From: Armatimonadota bacterium
GTDB lineage: Bacteria > Armatimonadota > SYMT01
Direction of reading: 5' to 3'
DNA: 64,000 bases
NCBI GenBank assembly: GCA_041690135.1
Contig: JAWLHY010000006.1
Coordinates: 96,001-160,000, forward strand
A model generated the notes under the pieces. The model made no database searches, was not told the DNA's origin, and saw nothing but the letters and a program-made list of their open reading frames with translations. Position numbers and translations under genes: made by a program. Below are positions 36,965 through 46,317 of the stretch, piece after piece; positions within the stretch are counted from its first letter, which is position 1; each line of letters opens with the position of its first letter.

Positions 36965-37915
36965 CTACATCGGAAGAACCTCCCAGTCGCGGATCGAGAT
37001 CTCCTTCCGAAACCGCCGGATGACCTCGTGCACTTCGTTCATCGACGTGGTCAGGTAGAGGTCGTCCGGATAAAGCAGGCGTTTGGCCACTGCGTCCAGC
37101 CGAAAGGCCCAGTAAAGAGTCATCAACGGATTGATATACAGTTGGCTCCCGCGGGTCCGCTCCGTTACGTGATAGTCGCCGAACTGTCCGGCAATGGCGG
37201 AGAGGATCGAGGTGCAAACGATGCTGGGGTACCGGCGCATCGCCTGGATGACCGCCACCGTGGCCTCGTGATAACGGAGCACCTCCGGCATCTCCGCCGT
37301 GAGGCTCCAGGCCCCGAGGAAATTGCCGGACCGGGTGAGTTCGGCCACGCCCTCCAGGAAGTGCGAGTGGCAGACCCCATGAAACCGGTCGATGCCGAAA
37401 CCCAGGCACACCAGCAATTTGCGCTCCATCGGAAGCCCGTGGACCGCCGCGAGGCTGGCAATGTCTTCCTCCGGGGTACCCAACCCGACTTCGTCGCCTC
37501 GCATCAGGCTATCCGTGCCGCCGTCCACCAGGATGACCGTGTCGAGTTCCAACTCGTCCGCGAGGGTTTCGTAGGCTTCCGTCAGGGGCCGCACCCCCGT
37601 CTTCCGGAAGGTGTAGATCGGCACCTCTTCACCCTGCTGCGCGAACCAGCGCGCCAGGTGTAGCTCCGGGAAGTAGACTTCGTCCCCTCGGGACTCAGCA
37701 GTCACCCGGACGACCGCGGGCGTCAACCAATGGCCAGCCTGGCGCTCCAGTGAGGAGAAGGAGAGATTGGCGAGGTAAACGGTCACTCCCGCTTCGCGTA
37801 GCCCGAAATAGAGCGGCAGTCCGCTGAACACGTCGAACCCGCCCCCCGCCCCCGCGATCAGTATGCGCCTGGCGTCCTTCAACTCCGCCGCCACCGGCAA
37901 GCGCAAGATGTCCAT
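36965..37915 (-). CDS. DUF1152 family protein
   Basis: ILIAGAGGGFDV, LVDGGTDSLMRGDE, LGTPEED, GFGIDRFHG. Confidence 0.8.
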   Translation of the reverse strand: MDILRLPVAAELKDARRILIAGAGGGFDVFSGLPLYFGLREAGVTVYLANLSFSSLERQAGHWLTPAVVRVTAESRGDEVYFPELHLARWFAQQGEEVPIYTFRKTGVRPLTEAYETLADELELDTVILVDGGTDSLMRGDEVGLGTPEEDIASLAAVHGLPMERKLLVCLGFGIDRFHGVCHSHFLEGVAELTRSGNFLGAWSLTAEMPEVLRYHEATVAVIQAMRRYPSIVCTSILSAIAGQFGDYHVTERTRGSQLYINPLMTLYWAFRLDAVAKRLLYPDDLYLTTSMNEVHEVIRRFRKEISIRDWEVLPM

Positions 37916-38133
37916 TGTTCCGTCTCCACCATCAGAATCCGGCAAGCGCATGAATGCCACATTCATGATCGCAGAAACCGAGAGCCGGCGCCACGCCTTC
38001 CCCGTACGCAAAAACGGGAGTGCCTCCTGCAAAGGCACTCCCGTCATTCCGGTGCTATGGCGGATCTATCCGAACGCATCCCGCCCCACGTCCGAGGCAC
38101 AATCCCTGTTCTTGCAGCCGCCTCGCACGTAAG

Positions 38134-38162
38134 CCTCACGCGTCACGTTTCACGCCTCACGC
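38134..38162. repeat. Heptamer array (NNTCACG)
   Basis: cctcacg cgtcacg tttcacg cctcacg, directly after the permease stop. Confidence 0.65.
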
Positions 38163-38165
38163 AGC

Positions 38166-39029
38166 TTACACTTCCTTCTTGCTGAAGGCGAGAACTCCCG
38201 CATAGACCATCACGGCGATATAGAGAACCCCGTAGAGGGACACCGTGCTGATGTAGATCAGCGGGGTCGTCTTGATCGCTACTTCCGGCCTTACAAGGCC
38301 GCCCATCACGTTGATGTCGTAGAAGTGAGGCGTAAGGTAGTAAGCGCCTTTCAACAGCCACGGCACCAGCACCATACCCTCGTCCTGCCGGTTCGCCAGC
38401 GCCAGGATGATCCACTGGAGCGACCCCAGGATCCACATAAAGGCGGTCACCGAAAAGTTCACCGTGGCGGTGAGAAACAGCGACAGGAAAGTGGCGATAG
38501 CCGTGATCGCGATCATCTGGAAGAAGACCAGCAGGCCCCCGATCAGAATCGGCACGGCCTGCCGCACCACGGCCTGCAGCCACGAGATCTGCGCTCCCGC
38601 CTGCCCGCTCTGCGCCGCCGCGCCCGCGGCGGCGGATGGCAGCGCGGCGAAGATCATGATCGCGACGAGCAGGACAGCCGTCATCACCCCCACCATGAGG
38701 CCGGCCGTAAGACTGCCGCCGAGGAACTTGCCGACAAAGAACTCCCAACGCTGCACCGGTTTAGACAGCACCGAGTAGATCGTCCGCCGCTCGATTTCCG
38801 TAGGGATCAGGAAGACGGCGGTGGTTATGGCGATCAACGCCCCAAAGATCAGAACGACGATCATCTGGCCGGGCGTGTAGAGTTCCGCTCGGTTCGCCGC
38901 CGCGTTGTACTGGATCAGCACCGCCAGGCCAAGCGTGACGATGGCGAGCACCAAAAAGACCGCCAGCACCCTTTTGCGGATGGTGTCCTCGAGAGTATTG
39001 CGGGCTATCTCCCACGTGTTCGCGAACAT
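38166..39029 (-). CDS. ABC transporter permease (PilI-like, ABC-2 family)
   Basis: IARNTLEDTIR, IPTEIERRTIYSVLSKPVQR...GKFLG, FSKKEV; GGAGG RBS. Confidence 0.82.
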   Translation of the reverse strand: MFANTWEIARNTLEDTIRKRVLAVFLVLAIVTLGLAVLIQYNAAANRAELYTPGQMIVVLIFGALIAITTAVFLIPTEIERRTIYSVLSKPVQRWEFFVGKFLGGSLTAGLMVGVMTAVLLVAIMIFAALPSAAAGAAAQSGQAGAQISWLQAVVRQAVPILIGGLLVFFQMIAITAIATFLSLFLTATVNFSVTAFMWILGSLQWIILALANRQDEGMVLVPWLLKGAYYLTPHFYDINVMGGLVRPEVAIKTTPLIYISTVSLYGVLYIAVMVYAGVLAFSKKEV

Positions 39030-39229
39030 GTGTCCTCCACGCCGCTTCTCATAAGCGGGGATCGAGTGGGATGAAGTGTTAAACGGGGCCGGCGAGTCGT
39101 GGAAGCAACAGACTCGAACCGGTGCGGAAACGGTCCCCCATCCTATCGGGCTGAGGGGTCAGAGGGTTTGCCGTCCGTCCCGTAAAGATAACGGTTCAGG
39201 CCCCGACCCCGGTTCCCGGTGGCGACAGT

Positions 39230-40564
39230 TCAGCCTTCAAACAGCGCGGTGAGGGCGGGGATCAATTGCTTCTTGCGCGAAACCATCCGGCCGAGATCCC
39301 ACTCCCCCTCCGCGGTGTGGGCGAAGGGCAGCGCGTTCAGCAGCCGGGCCTCCCCGCGGCACAGGAGACGAGAGCAGCCGTGCACGATATCCGTGACCAT
39401 CAGGCAGGCTAGCGCGAGGCCCTCTGTGTTCCGTCGCGATTCGAGTGCCTCCAGCAGCCGTTCGCGAGCTTCGGGGAGCTCTTCAAAGTCCGGCACCTCT
39501 ACCTGGGCCACGCTCAGATCGTCCCCGCCCATGCCGTAGGCTTTGCGGTCGGCGTCCACAATCTCGCCGGCATCCCGGTCCACCAATCCGGGTGAGGCCT
39601 GCAGTAGTTCCTGGCCGTACCGTTCCGGGCTGACGGAGATCAGTGCCGCCAACCAGCCGGCCGCGCCGACGTCACGAGGGGTGCTGGTGGGCGACCGGAA
39701 GACGAGGGTGTCGGAGAGAATGCCGCTAAGCAGCATTCCGGAAATGGATGGCGGCGGCACCAGGCCGGCTTGAAGAATTCGTTCCGCCACCAGGCTGGAA
39801 GTACTGCCCACGGGGTCCACCACGAACGGAATGGGGGTTGCGGTTGGCGGATTGCCGAGGCGGTGGTGGTCCAGCACGCCGACGATCTCTGCCTCTTCCG
39901 CACCTGAAACGGCCTGGGAAAGTTCGTTGTGATCGACGAGAATGACCCGCGCGCGCGGGGGTTCGAGAATCCGCACACGGGTCGCCAGCCCGACGTAGCG
40001 GCCGGCATCATCCACAATGAGGAATTCTTCTGTCTCGCTGCGGAGCAGACCGCGCCGGTAATCGCTGATCTTCTCCTCCGCCCGGTACACGGGCACCGAC
40101 TCCACCGCGGAGCCGGCGGTCCGGGTCAGCACGTCTGCGGTATTCCCCGCCGCCGTGGCGTCCGCCAGGGCCCGCGCCAGCATCATGGGGGTGACCAACC
40201 CTACCGCCGTTCCGTCCGGGCCGACCACGGGCACGACCCGAGCGCCCGCGCGGAACTGGTCGATGACGTCGGTGAGGGGAGCGTCGGGAGGCACTGCGAC
40301 GGTGGCCCGAGCGGCGTGTCCGAACGTCGGCGCCACGGAGGGAAGCAAGACGGGCGGCTCCGCGGAAAACCGCTCCAGCGCAAACGCAGCCTGAACGGAG
40401 ATCAACCCGGCGCGCGCGGCAACCACGGACTGGTCGCCACGTGCTTTCAGCAACCACGCATACCCCAACGCCGCGGCAATGGCATCCGTGTCCGGGCGCT
40501 GGTGTCCTACTACGTATGTCAGCGCGGGTGACCAGCCGACATGGGGAATTTCAAAAGAGGGCAT
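39230..40564 (-). CDS. Mn-dependent inorganic pyrophosphatase (family II) with CBS domains
   Basis: GHQRPDTDA, LVDHNE, LDHHR, PVGSTS, ILSDTL, DHHA2 domain ending VSRKKQ; CBS insert. Confidence 0.88.
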   Translation of the reverse strand: MPSFEIPHVGWSPALTYVVGHQRPDTDAIAAALGYAWLLKARGDQSVVAARAGLISVQAAFALERFSAEPPVLLPSVAPTFGHAARATVAVPPDAPLTDVIDQFRAGARVVPVVGPDGTAVGLVTPMMLARALADATAAGNTADVLTRTAGSAVESVPVYRAEEKISDYRRGLLRSETEEFLIVDDAGRYVGLATRVRILEPPRARVILVDHNELSQAVSGAEEAEIVGVLDHHRLGNPPTATPIPFVVDPVGSTSSLVAERILQAGLVPPPSISGMLLSGILSDTLVFRSPTSTPRDVGAAGWLAALISVSPERYGQELLQASPGLVDRDAGEIVDADRKAYGMGGDDLSVAQVEVPDFEELPEARERLLEALESRRNTEGLALACLMVTDIVHGCSRLLCRGEARLLNALPFAHTAEGEWDLGRMVSRKKQLIPALTALFEG

Positions 40565-40593
40565 TGTTTAGCACCGGTCCTCAACTTACCGGT

Positions 40594-41169
40594 ATGGCTC
40601 ATGAAATGGAAGAAAAACAGTTAGTCCGAATCAGCAAGTATCTGGCGAAACACCTGCGCCACGAGCCGGAAGCCCTGGGCCTCACGCTCGAGCCGGGCGG
40701 CTGGGTGCCCGTCGAGGCGCTGCTCTCCGCCTGCAACCGGCGCGGTTTCTCCCTGACCCGAAAAGAGTTGGACGAAGTGGTCTCGCGCAACAGCAAGCAG
40801 CGATTCTCCTTCGATTCCACGGGCGCCCGCATCCGCGCCAACCAGGGGCACAGCACCGAAGTCGACCTTCAACTCGAGCCGGTCGAACCGCCGGCCGTGC
40901 TCTATCACGGTACGCACCACCGCGCCGCCGACGCGGTGGTGCACACAGGTCTCCAGCGGATGTCCCGCCACCACGTGCACCTTTCCTCCGACATTCCCAC
41001 GGCCGAAACGGTGGGGGCCCGCCGCGGCCGTCCCGTGATCTTCCGGATAGACGCGGCGGGTATGCGCGCAGCGGGACATCTCTTCTATCGTTCCGAAAAC
41101 GGCGTGTGGCTCACGGATGCGGTGCCTCCGGAGTTCCTCCAACGCATCGACCCGAGGGCGAACTCCTAA
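40594..41169 (+). CDS. kptA: RNA 2'-phosphotransferase KptA/Tpt1
   Basis: SKYLAKHLRH, KQRF, IRANQGHS, LYHGT, RHHVHLS, NGVWL. Confidence 0.93.
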   Translation: MAHEMEEKQLVRISKYLAKHLRHEPEALGLTLEPGGWVPVEALLSACNRRGFSLTRKELDEVVSRNSKQRFSFDSTGARIRANQGHSTEVDLQLEPVEPPAVLYHGTHHRAADAVVHTGLQRMSRHHVHLSSDIPTAETVGARRGRPVIFRIDAAGMRAAGHLFYRSENGVWLTDAVPPEFLQRIDPRANS

Positions 41170-41425
41170 CGACAAGCCGCAACCACCGACCAACGCGCAC
41201 TCCTCTGTTCCACTCTTTCGTTCCCTTCGCCGCCTCCGCGTCTTTCCCATATGGGCAAGCTCGCGTGTTTCCATACGGACGCATGCGCCGCGGGCAGAAA
41301 CGCCCCAGCGAACGCCGAGGAGAGCCGCAGTCGCCCGGAGAATTCTGCATGAGAGCGTCGGGTCCCTTCTGAAGCCGCGGCCGGTCTTCCGGACGGGATC
41401 TCCGGGACGCACGGAGTTATCTGGC

Positions 41426-42289
41426 GTGACCGCAATCCTGGAACAATCGGTCCCGACCCCGCATGGGTCCCTCAACGTAGCTATCGGGCCCGAAAACGGT
41501 CCCCCGCTCCTCTTTCTCCACGGTGTCTGTCGACGCTGGCAGGACTTTTTCCCGCTGCTGACCCCTCTTTCGCTCCGGTGGCAGGTAATCGTGCCGGATT
41601 TTCGGGGCCACGGCGCCTCGTATCGCAAGCCGGGTGGCTACCGGGTGATCGACTATGTGGAAGACGCCCTCGCCTGCTTGAGCCTGGCACCTACCCCGGC
41701 GGCCATTTATGGCCACTCCCTGGGCGCGATGGTCGCCTGCGGCGCGGCCGCCGCGGCAGGCCCCCGCGTGCGAGGCCTCATCCTCGAAGATCCACCGTTC
41801 GACACGCTCGGCGCCGGGATATTTCGCACCGCTTTCCATTCGCTGTTCTGCGGCATGCAACTGCTGGCCGGCCAGAGTGATCGCCCTACCGCCGAGATCG
41901 CGGCCGATATGGCGGAGATCCGGCTTCCCGGCCCCCAGGGGCCCGCCACCGTAAGGCTCGGGGACGTGCGCGACGCCGTCCACCTCCGGTTCGGGGCGCG
42001 CTGCCTGCAGTTCCTCGATCCGGCCGTGCTGACGCCGCTGACCGCGGGCGCCTGGCTCGACGGTTATGACAAAGCGATTCTTCTCCCCCGCGCGCAGTGC
42101 CCCGCCCTACTGCTGGTGGGCAATGTTGACCGGGGCGGCATGCTCCCAGGGCCCGCCGCCGCTACCGTCGCCACTTTGCTTCCGGATTGCGCGCTACTCA
42201 ACCTGGAGGACGGGGGCCATCTGCTGCACTGGTCGCACACGCAGGAAGTACTGAACCATACCACCCTTTTTCTGGAATCGATTCGGTAG
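41426..42289 (+). CDS. Alpha/beta fold hydrolase
   Basis: LFLHG, DFRGHGAS, GHSLGA, GGHLLH; GTG start after GGAG. Confidence 0.85.
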   Translation: MTAILEQSVPTPHGSLNVAIGPENGPPLLFLHGVCRRWQDFFPLLTPLSLRWQVIVPDFRGHGASYRKPGGYRVIDYVEDALACLSLAPTPAAIYGHSLGAMVACGAAAAAGPRVRGLILEDPPFDTLGAGIFRTAFHSLFCGMQLLAGQSDRPTAEIAADMAEIRLPGPQGPATVRLGDVRDAVHLRFGARCLQFLDPAVLTPLTAGAWLDGYDKAILLPRAQCPALLLVGNVDRGGMLPGPAAATVATLLPDCALLNLEDGGHLLHWSHTQEVLNHTTLFLESIR

Positions 42290-42298
42290 GAGATCCCG

Positions 42299-43564
42299 AT
42301 GCAGAACGCAGTTGGAACGACAGTCATTTCGAACGGGCAGATCGTGGACGGCACAGGAGCCCCACCGATTGCCGAGGGAACGGTCGTCATCCGGGATGGA
42401 AAAATAGCCTACGCCGGTCCCGCCGCGGTAGCGCCGGACGCCCCGCCGGATGCCGCCCGGATCGACGCCCAGGGTGGAACGATCATGCCCGGGCTGGTGG
42501 AAGCGCACTTCCACCCCACCTACTTCAACGTGGCGGCGCTCGAGGATCTGGACATCAAGTACCCGGTCGAGTACGTGACCCTGCTCGCCGCCGCGAACGC
42601 CCGCCTGGCCCTGGAATGCGGCTACACCGCCGCTCGCAGCGGGGGCAGCCTGTTCAACATCGACGTGTGGCTGAAGAAGGCGATCGAGGAAGGGGTCACT
42701 CCCGGGCCGCGACTGGCGGCGAGTGGACGGGAGATCTGCGGTGTGGGCGGACTGATGGACTGGAACCCTGATTTCCGCAAGATCGGGATGGAAGGGCTCG
42801 TCCTGTTGGTGAACGGCGCCGACGAGGCCCGTGCCGCGGTGCGCAAGCTCGTTAAGGACGGCGTGGAGTGGGTAAAGACCTACCCCACCGGTGATGCCGC
42901 CGCCCCGGACACTAACGACCACCACACCCTCTGCATGACCTTCGAGGAGATGCATGCCGTCGTGCGCACCGCGCACAACCACAACCTGAAAGTCACCGGC
43001 CACTGCCGCGCCACCGAAGGGATCAAGAATGCCCTGCGCGCGGGCTACGACACCCTGGAACATGGAACCTTTATGGACCAGGAAGCACTCGACCTGCTGT
43101 TGCAGCGGAATACGCCGGTGATACCCGCGCTGCAGTTTGAGTTGGCCAGCGTGGAACGCGGCCCCGAGGTCGGAATGCCGCAGTCCGTCATCGACGGTCA
43201 CCGGGAGACCCTGGAAGGCGGCGCCGAAAGCGCTCGCATGATCCTGAAGGCCGGAGGCCGCGTCGGCATGGGCGGCGACTACGGCTTTGCCTGGAACCCC
43301 CACGGCACCTATGCGAAGGAACTCTCCTTCTTCGTCAACTACGTCGGCTTCAGCCCACTGGAGACGATCAAGTGCGCCACGAAGACCGGCGCCGAGATCA
43401 TGGGCCGGGGTCAAGAGTTCGGCACCCTGGAGGCCGGCAAGCTCGCGGATATCCTCATAGTACGGGGCAACGTGCTCCAGGACATTTCAATCCTGGAAGA
43501 TCGCTCCCGCTTCCTCGCGGTAATGCAGGGCGGCGAAATCAAAGCCGGCCTACTCCACGCCTGA
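42299..43564 (+). CDS. Metal-dependent amidohydrolase family protein
   Basis: IMPGLVEAHFH, WVK, GHC, EHG, GGD, GTLEAGKLAD. Confidence 0.88.
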   Translation: MQNAVGTTVISNGQIVDGTGAPPIAEGTVVIRDGKIAYAGPAAVAPDAPPDAARIDAQGGTIMPGLVEAHFHPTYFNVAALEDLDIKYPVEYVTLLAAANARLALECGYTAARSGGSLFNIDVWLKKAIEEGVTPGPRLAASGREICGVGGLMDWNPDFRKIGMEGLVLLVNGADEARAAVRKLVKDGVEWVKTYPTGDAAAPDTNDHHTLCMTFEEMHAVVRTAHNHNLKVTGHCRATEGIKNALRAGYDTLEHGTFMDQEALDLLLQRNTPVIPALQFELASVERGPEVGMPQSVIDGHRETLEGGAESARMILKAGGRVGMGGDYGFAWNPHGTYAKELSFFVNYVGFSPLETIKCATKTGAEIMGRGQEFGTLEAGKLADILIVRGNVLQDISILEDRSRFLAVMQGGEIKAGLLHA

Positions 43565-43684
43565 ACCGCGCCAGAAAATACAACACACGGCGCTGGGTAG
43601 CATGGTAGCGCCGTGTGTCTTTTCTGCGACCGGGCAGCCTTAGCTTGCTGCCCGGTGCAGTCGATGAATGATTCGGCGTGCGGC

Positions 43685-44467
43685 TTACGGCGTGGAGCCG
43701 ATCGAACCGTTGTCGCGCACGATACCCCAGAGTTCCGTCCGCCCATCGTAAGGACCGCCGGCCACGACCCAAATGCCGTCCGGTCGCTGCCGGGCCTTCT
43801 GGTACTTGGCGTGACCATCCGCATACGTCACGGAAACGCCGTCGTGGTGGCGCGGCTTTTTGCCAGGTACGGTGATCGGACTGTTGAACTGGCAGGCATT
43901 CCCATAGGCGCCCGAGCAGAGCGGCCCGCAGAGGTAGCCGTCGTAGAAGATCGTCGTGTCGGCCGGTCGGGGGAGGGAGGCCAACGCGGTCGGCGGTGAG
44001 GCACTGGCTCCGAAAATCGGATTCCCGACTCCTTCCTGGAAGATGGCGTAGTTGGCGTTGTAACTGAAGTACCGGAAGTTGCCCATCGACGTACCCATAG
44101 CGCCACCAAAGCAGCCCGCCGGCGGCCCCTGCGTGAGGAGTGCCACCCAATCCATCTCCGTAGGACCGCTGGGACAGGTCATAATCCCCGCGTTCTTCGA
44201 GTAGGGGAGAACGGCGTCATACACGGAGAAAGCGCGCGGGCTCCCTGTACTCATGTCCGGGTAAACCGAAAGTGGGTACAACTCGTCGTAGTCCTGCACG
44301 TACATCATCGTCGCGGTGCCGAACTGTTTGGTGTTGTTGAGACAACTGGTTTTCCGTGCCGCCTCCCGAGCCTGGGCGAACACGGGGAACAGGATCGCGG
44401 CCAGAATGGCGATGATGGCTATGACCACGAGAAGCTCGATCAGGGTAAATGCACGACGGCGTGGCAT
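43685..44467 (-). CDS. Prepilin-type N-terminal cleavage/methylation, DUF1559 protein with H-X9-DG motif
   Basis: [63 protein letters not shown]. Confidence 0.93.
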   Translation of the reverse strand: MPRRRAFTLIELLVVIAIIAILAAILFPVFAQAREAARKTSCLNNTKQFGTATMMYVQDYDELYPLSVYPDMSTGSPRAFSVYDAVLPYSKNAGIMTCPSGPTEMDWVALLTQGPPAGCFGGAMGTSMGNFRYFSYNANYAIFQEGVGNPIFGASASPPTALASLPRPADTTIFYDGYLCGPLCSGAYGNACQFNSPITVPGKKPRHHDGVSVTYADGHAKYQKARQRPDGIWVVAGGPYDGRTELWGIVRDNGSIGSTP

Positions 44468-44711
44468 ATGGGAATCCTCCCTCTATCCTGAGACGGTTCG
44501 AACCAACCAACCGAAGTGAGCCAAGCAAGCGGCTCCACACGAATGTTCGACGATCGTAGCGTTACTACCTGCCTTTAGACGTCCATTTGAGGGACAACGA
44601 TGCAACCAAATGGCCTAAATTTCGTCTCGTGATGGAAAAATCGCCGCTCGGTCCCCGTAACCGCATCCTAGCTTGCCCGTTTAACCTGACTGAGAAGGGT
44701 TGTTAGCCACG

Positions 44712-45425
44712 ATGCTGCAAATGATTTCTCCACAATCAACGGTTGAAGAGTACCTGGCCCACGTGGAGGGCCGTCTTACCGGTCTGCCCGCAGAGACGCG
44801 CCGCGAGCTCCTCGAGCAAACCCGGGCACGCATCGAGCTGGAGTTGGAGATTCAATCCATTTCGCCCAGCGATCGGGAGGAAGTGGAGGTCGTGCTCGGC
44901 CGGCTCGGTTCGCCGGAGGAATTGGGGGACCAACTTGCCCGCACCGCCCAGGCCCCGACCGCCGAAACGCCGGCCTCTCACGTTGCGAGCTCGGGCCTCA
45001 CTTACTGCCGCGCCTGTACGAAGGAAGTCAGCCGCGAGGCGATGACCTGCCCGCACTGCGGCGCACCCTACCCGGCTCGGCAGAACTGGCAGGGTTGGGG
45101 GTACGAGTGGAAGTCGAAGCAGACCCTCTTCGGGCTGCCCCTGGTGCACGTCGCCTTTGGAAGGGACAAGGATGGCAAGGTCCGCGTTGCCAAGGGCGTG
45201 GTAGCGATCGGGCAGTTCGCCGTGGGCGCCGTCACCATCGCGCAGTTCGGCGTGGGCGCGATTTTCGGGCTTGGTCAGTTCGTGGCGGCCCCGCTGGCGA
45301 TCGGGCAGTTCGCCCTGGGACTGGCCGCCATCGGCCAGATCGGAATCGGTCTGTTCTACGGTCTGGGCCAGTTCGCCACCGGCATCTGGCATACGGACAT
45401 GCGGAGCCTCTTCGGACCGCGTTGA
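44712..45425 (+). CDS. Membrane protein with HAAS-like helical domain, zinc ribbon and Gly-rich repeats
   Basis: EEYLAHVE...VLGRLGSPEELG; CRAC...CPHCG; repeated (I/L)GQF(A/G)xG. Confidence 0.7.
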   Translation: MLQMISPQSTVEEYLAHVEGRLTGLPAETRRELLEQTRARIELELEIQSISPSDREEVEVVLGRLGSPEELGDQLARTAQAPTAETPASHVASSGLTYCRACTKEVSREAMTCPHCGAPYPARQNWQGWGYEWKSKQTLFGLPLVHVAFGRDKDGKVRVAKGVVAIGQFAVGAVTIAQFGVGAIFGLGQFVAAPLAIGQFALGLAAIGQIGIGLFYGLGQFATGIWHTDMRSLFGPR

Positions 45426-45471
45426 GGCCGGCACTCAAGTGAGTTTCTTATATGACTGTTTCCATCCAGCC

Positions 45472-46317
45472 GTGACGGTAACGGACCCATACCTCCCTGC
45501 GGCTGCCAGAGCCGTTATCGAAGATTACCTGTGCCGGCTGGAGGCCTCTCTGCCGGGTCTACTGGAGGGCTTTTACCTTCATGGCTCGCTGGCCCTGGGG
45601 GCGTTCAACCGGTCTTCCAGTGATATCGATTTCGTTGCGGTACTGCGCCGACCGCTTGTCGCAGAAGAGGTCGCGCAACTCCGCAAGATCCACGACGCGG
45701 TAGCCGCGGCGCACCCGGCACCGGTTTTGGAGGGAAGCTACCTCCAATGGGAGCACCTGGGGCAACCGGAGGAGGCGATTCCCGCCTCGCCATGCTACCA
45801 CGAGGGACACTTATCCCCCCTCGGCCACCTCGACCACAACCTGGTCACGTGGTGGGTCCTGAAGGAGCGCGGCATCCCGCTTGTCGGTCCCCCACCTGCC
45901 GAGTTGGCTTACACCGTGGATTGGAACCTCCTCGTCACGCAGATGCAGGAGAACCTGAACACCTACTGGCGGGGCTGGACCCAGGATCCGCGGCGGGTGG
46001 CCGCTCTGTCCCAGGATTGGGCCGTGGAATGGTGCGTTCTGGGAGTGCTGCGACAGTTCTACACGTTCCGCGAACGGGACATCACCTCCAAAACCGGAGC
46101 CGGCGAGTATGCTCTGCGCACGCTTCCTCCGGAGCGGCACCGCATTGTTCGGGAGGCCATTCACCTCCGCGAGCAGATCGCGGAAAGGGTCTACGTCTCC
46201 CCCGAAGAACGCGCCGCCGCCGCGCTGGCACACCTGGAATACATCATCGCCACCTGCAACGAGTTGCTACCTGGAACAGCGATCAGGTCTACGGCCCCTC
46301 TACCGGATACTCCATAA
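45472..46317 (+). CDS. Nucleotidyltransferase, aminoglycoside adenylyltransferase-like (DUF4111)
   Basis: YLHGSLALG...SSDIDF; ITSKTGAGEYAL; start uncertain. Confidence 0.78.
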   Translation: MTVTDPYLPAAARAVIEDYLCRLEASLPGLLEGFYLHGSLALGAFNRSSSDIDFVAVLRRPLVAEEVAQLRKIHDAVAAAHPAPVLEGSYLQWEHLGQPEEAIPASPCYHEGHLSPLGHLDHNLVTWWVLKERGIPLVGPPPAELAYTVDWNLLVTQMQENLNTYWRGWTQDPRRVAALSQDWAVEWCVLGVLRQFYTFRERDITSKTGAGEYALRTLPPERHRIVREAIHLREQIAERVYVSPEERAAAALAHLEYIIATCNELLPGTAIRSTAPLPDTP

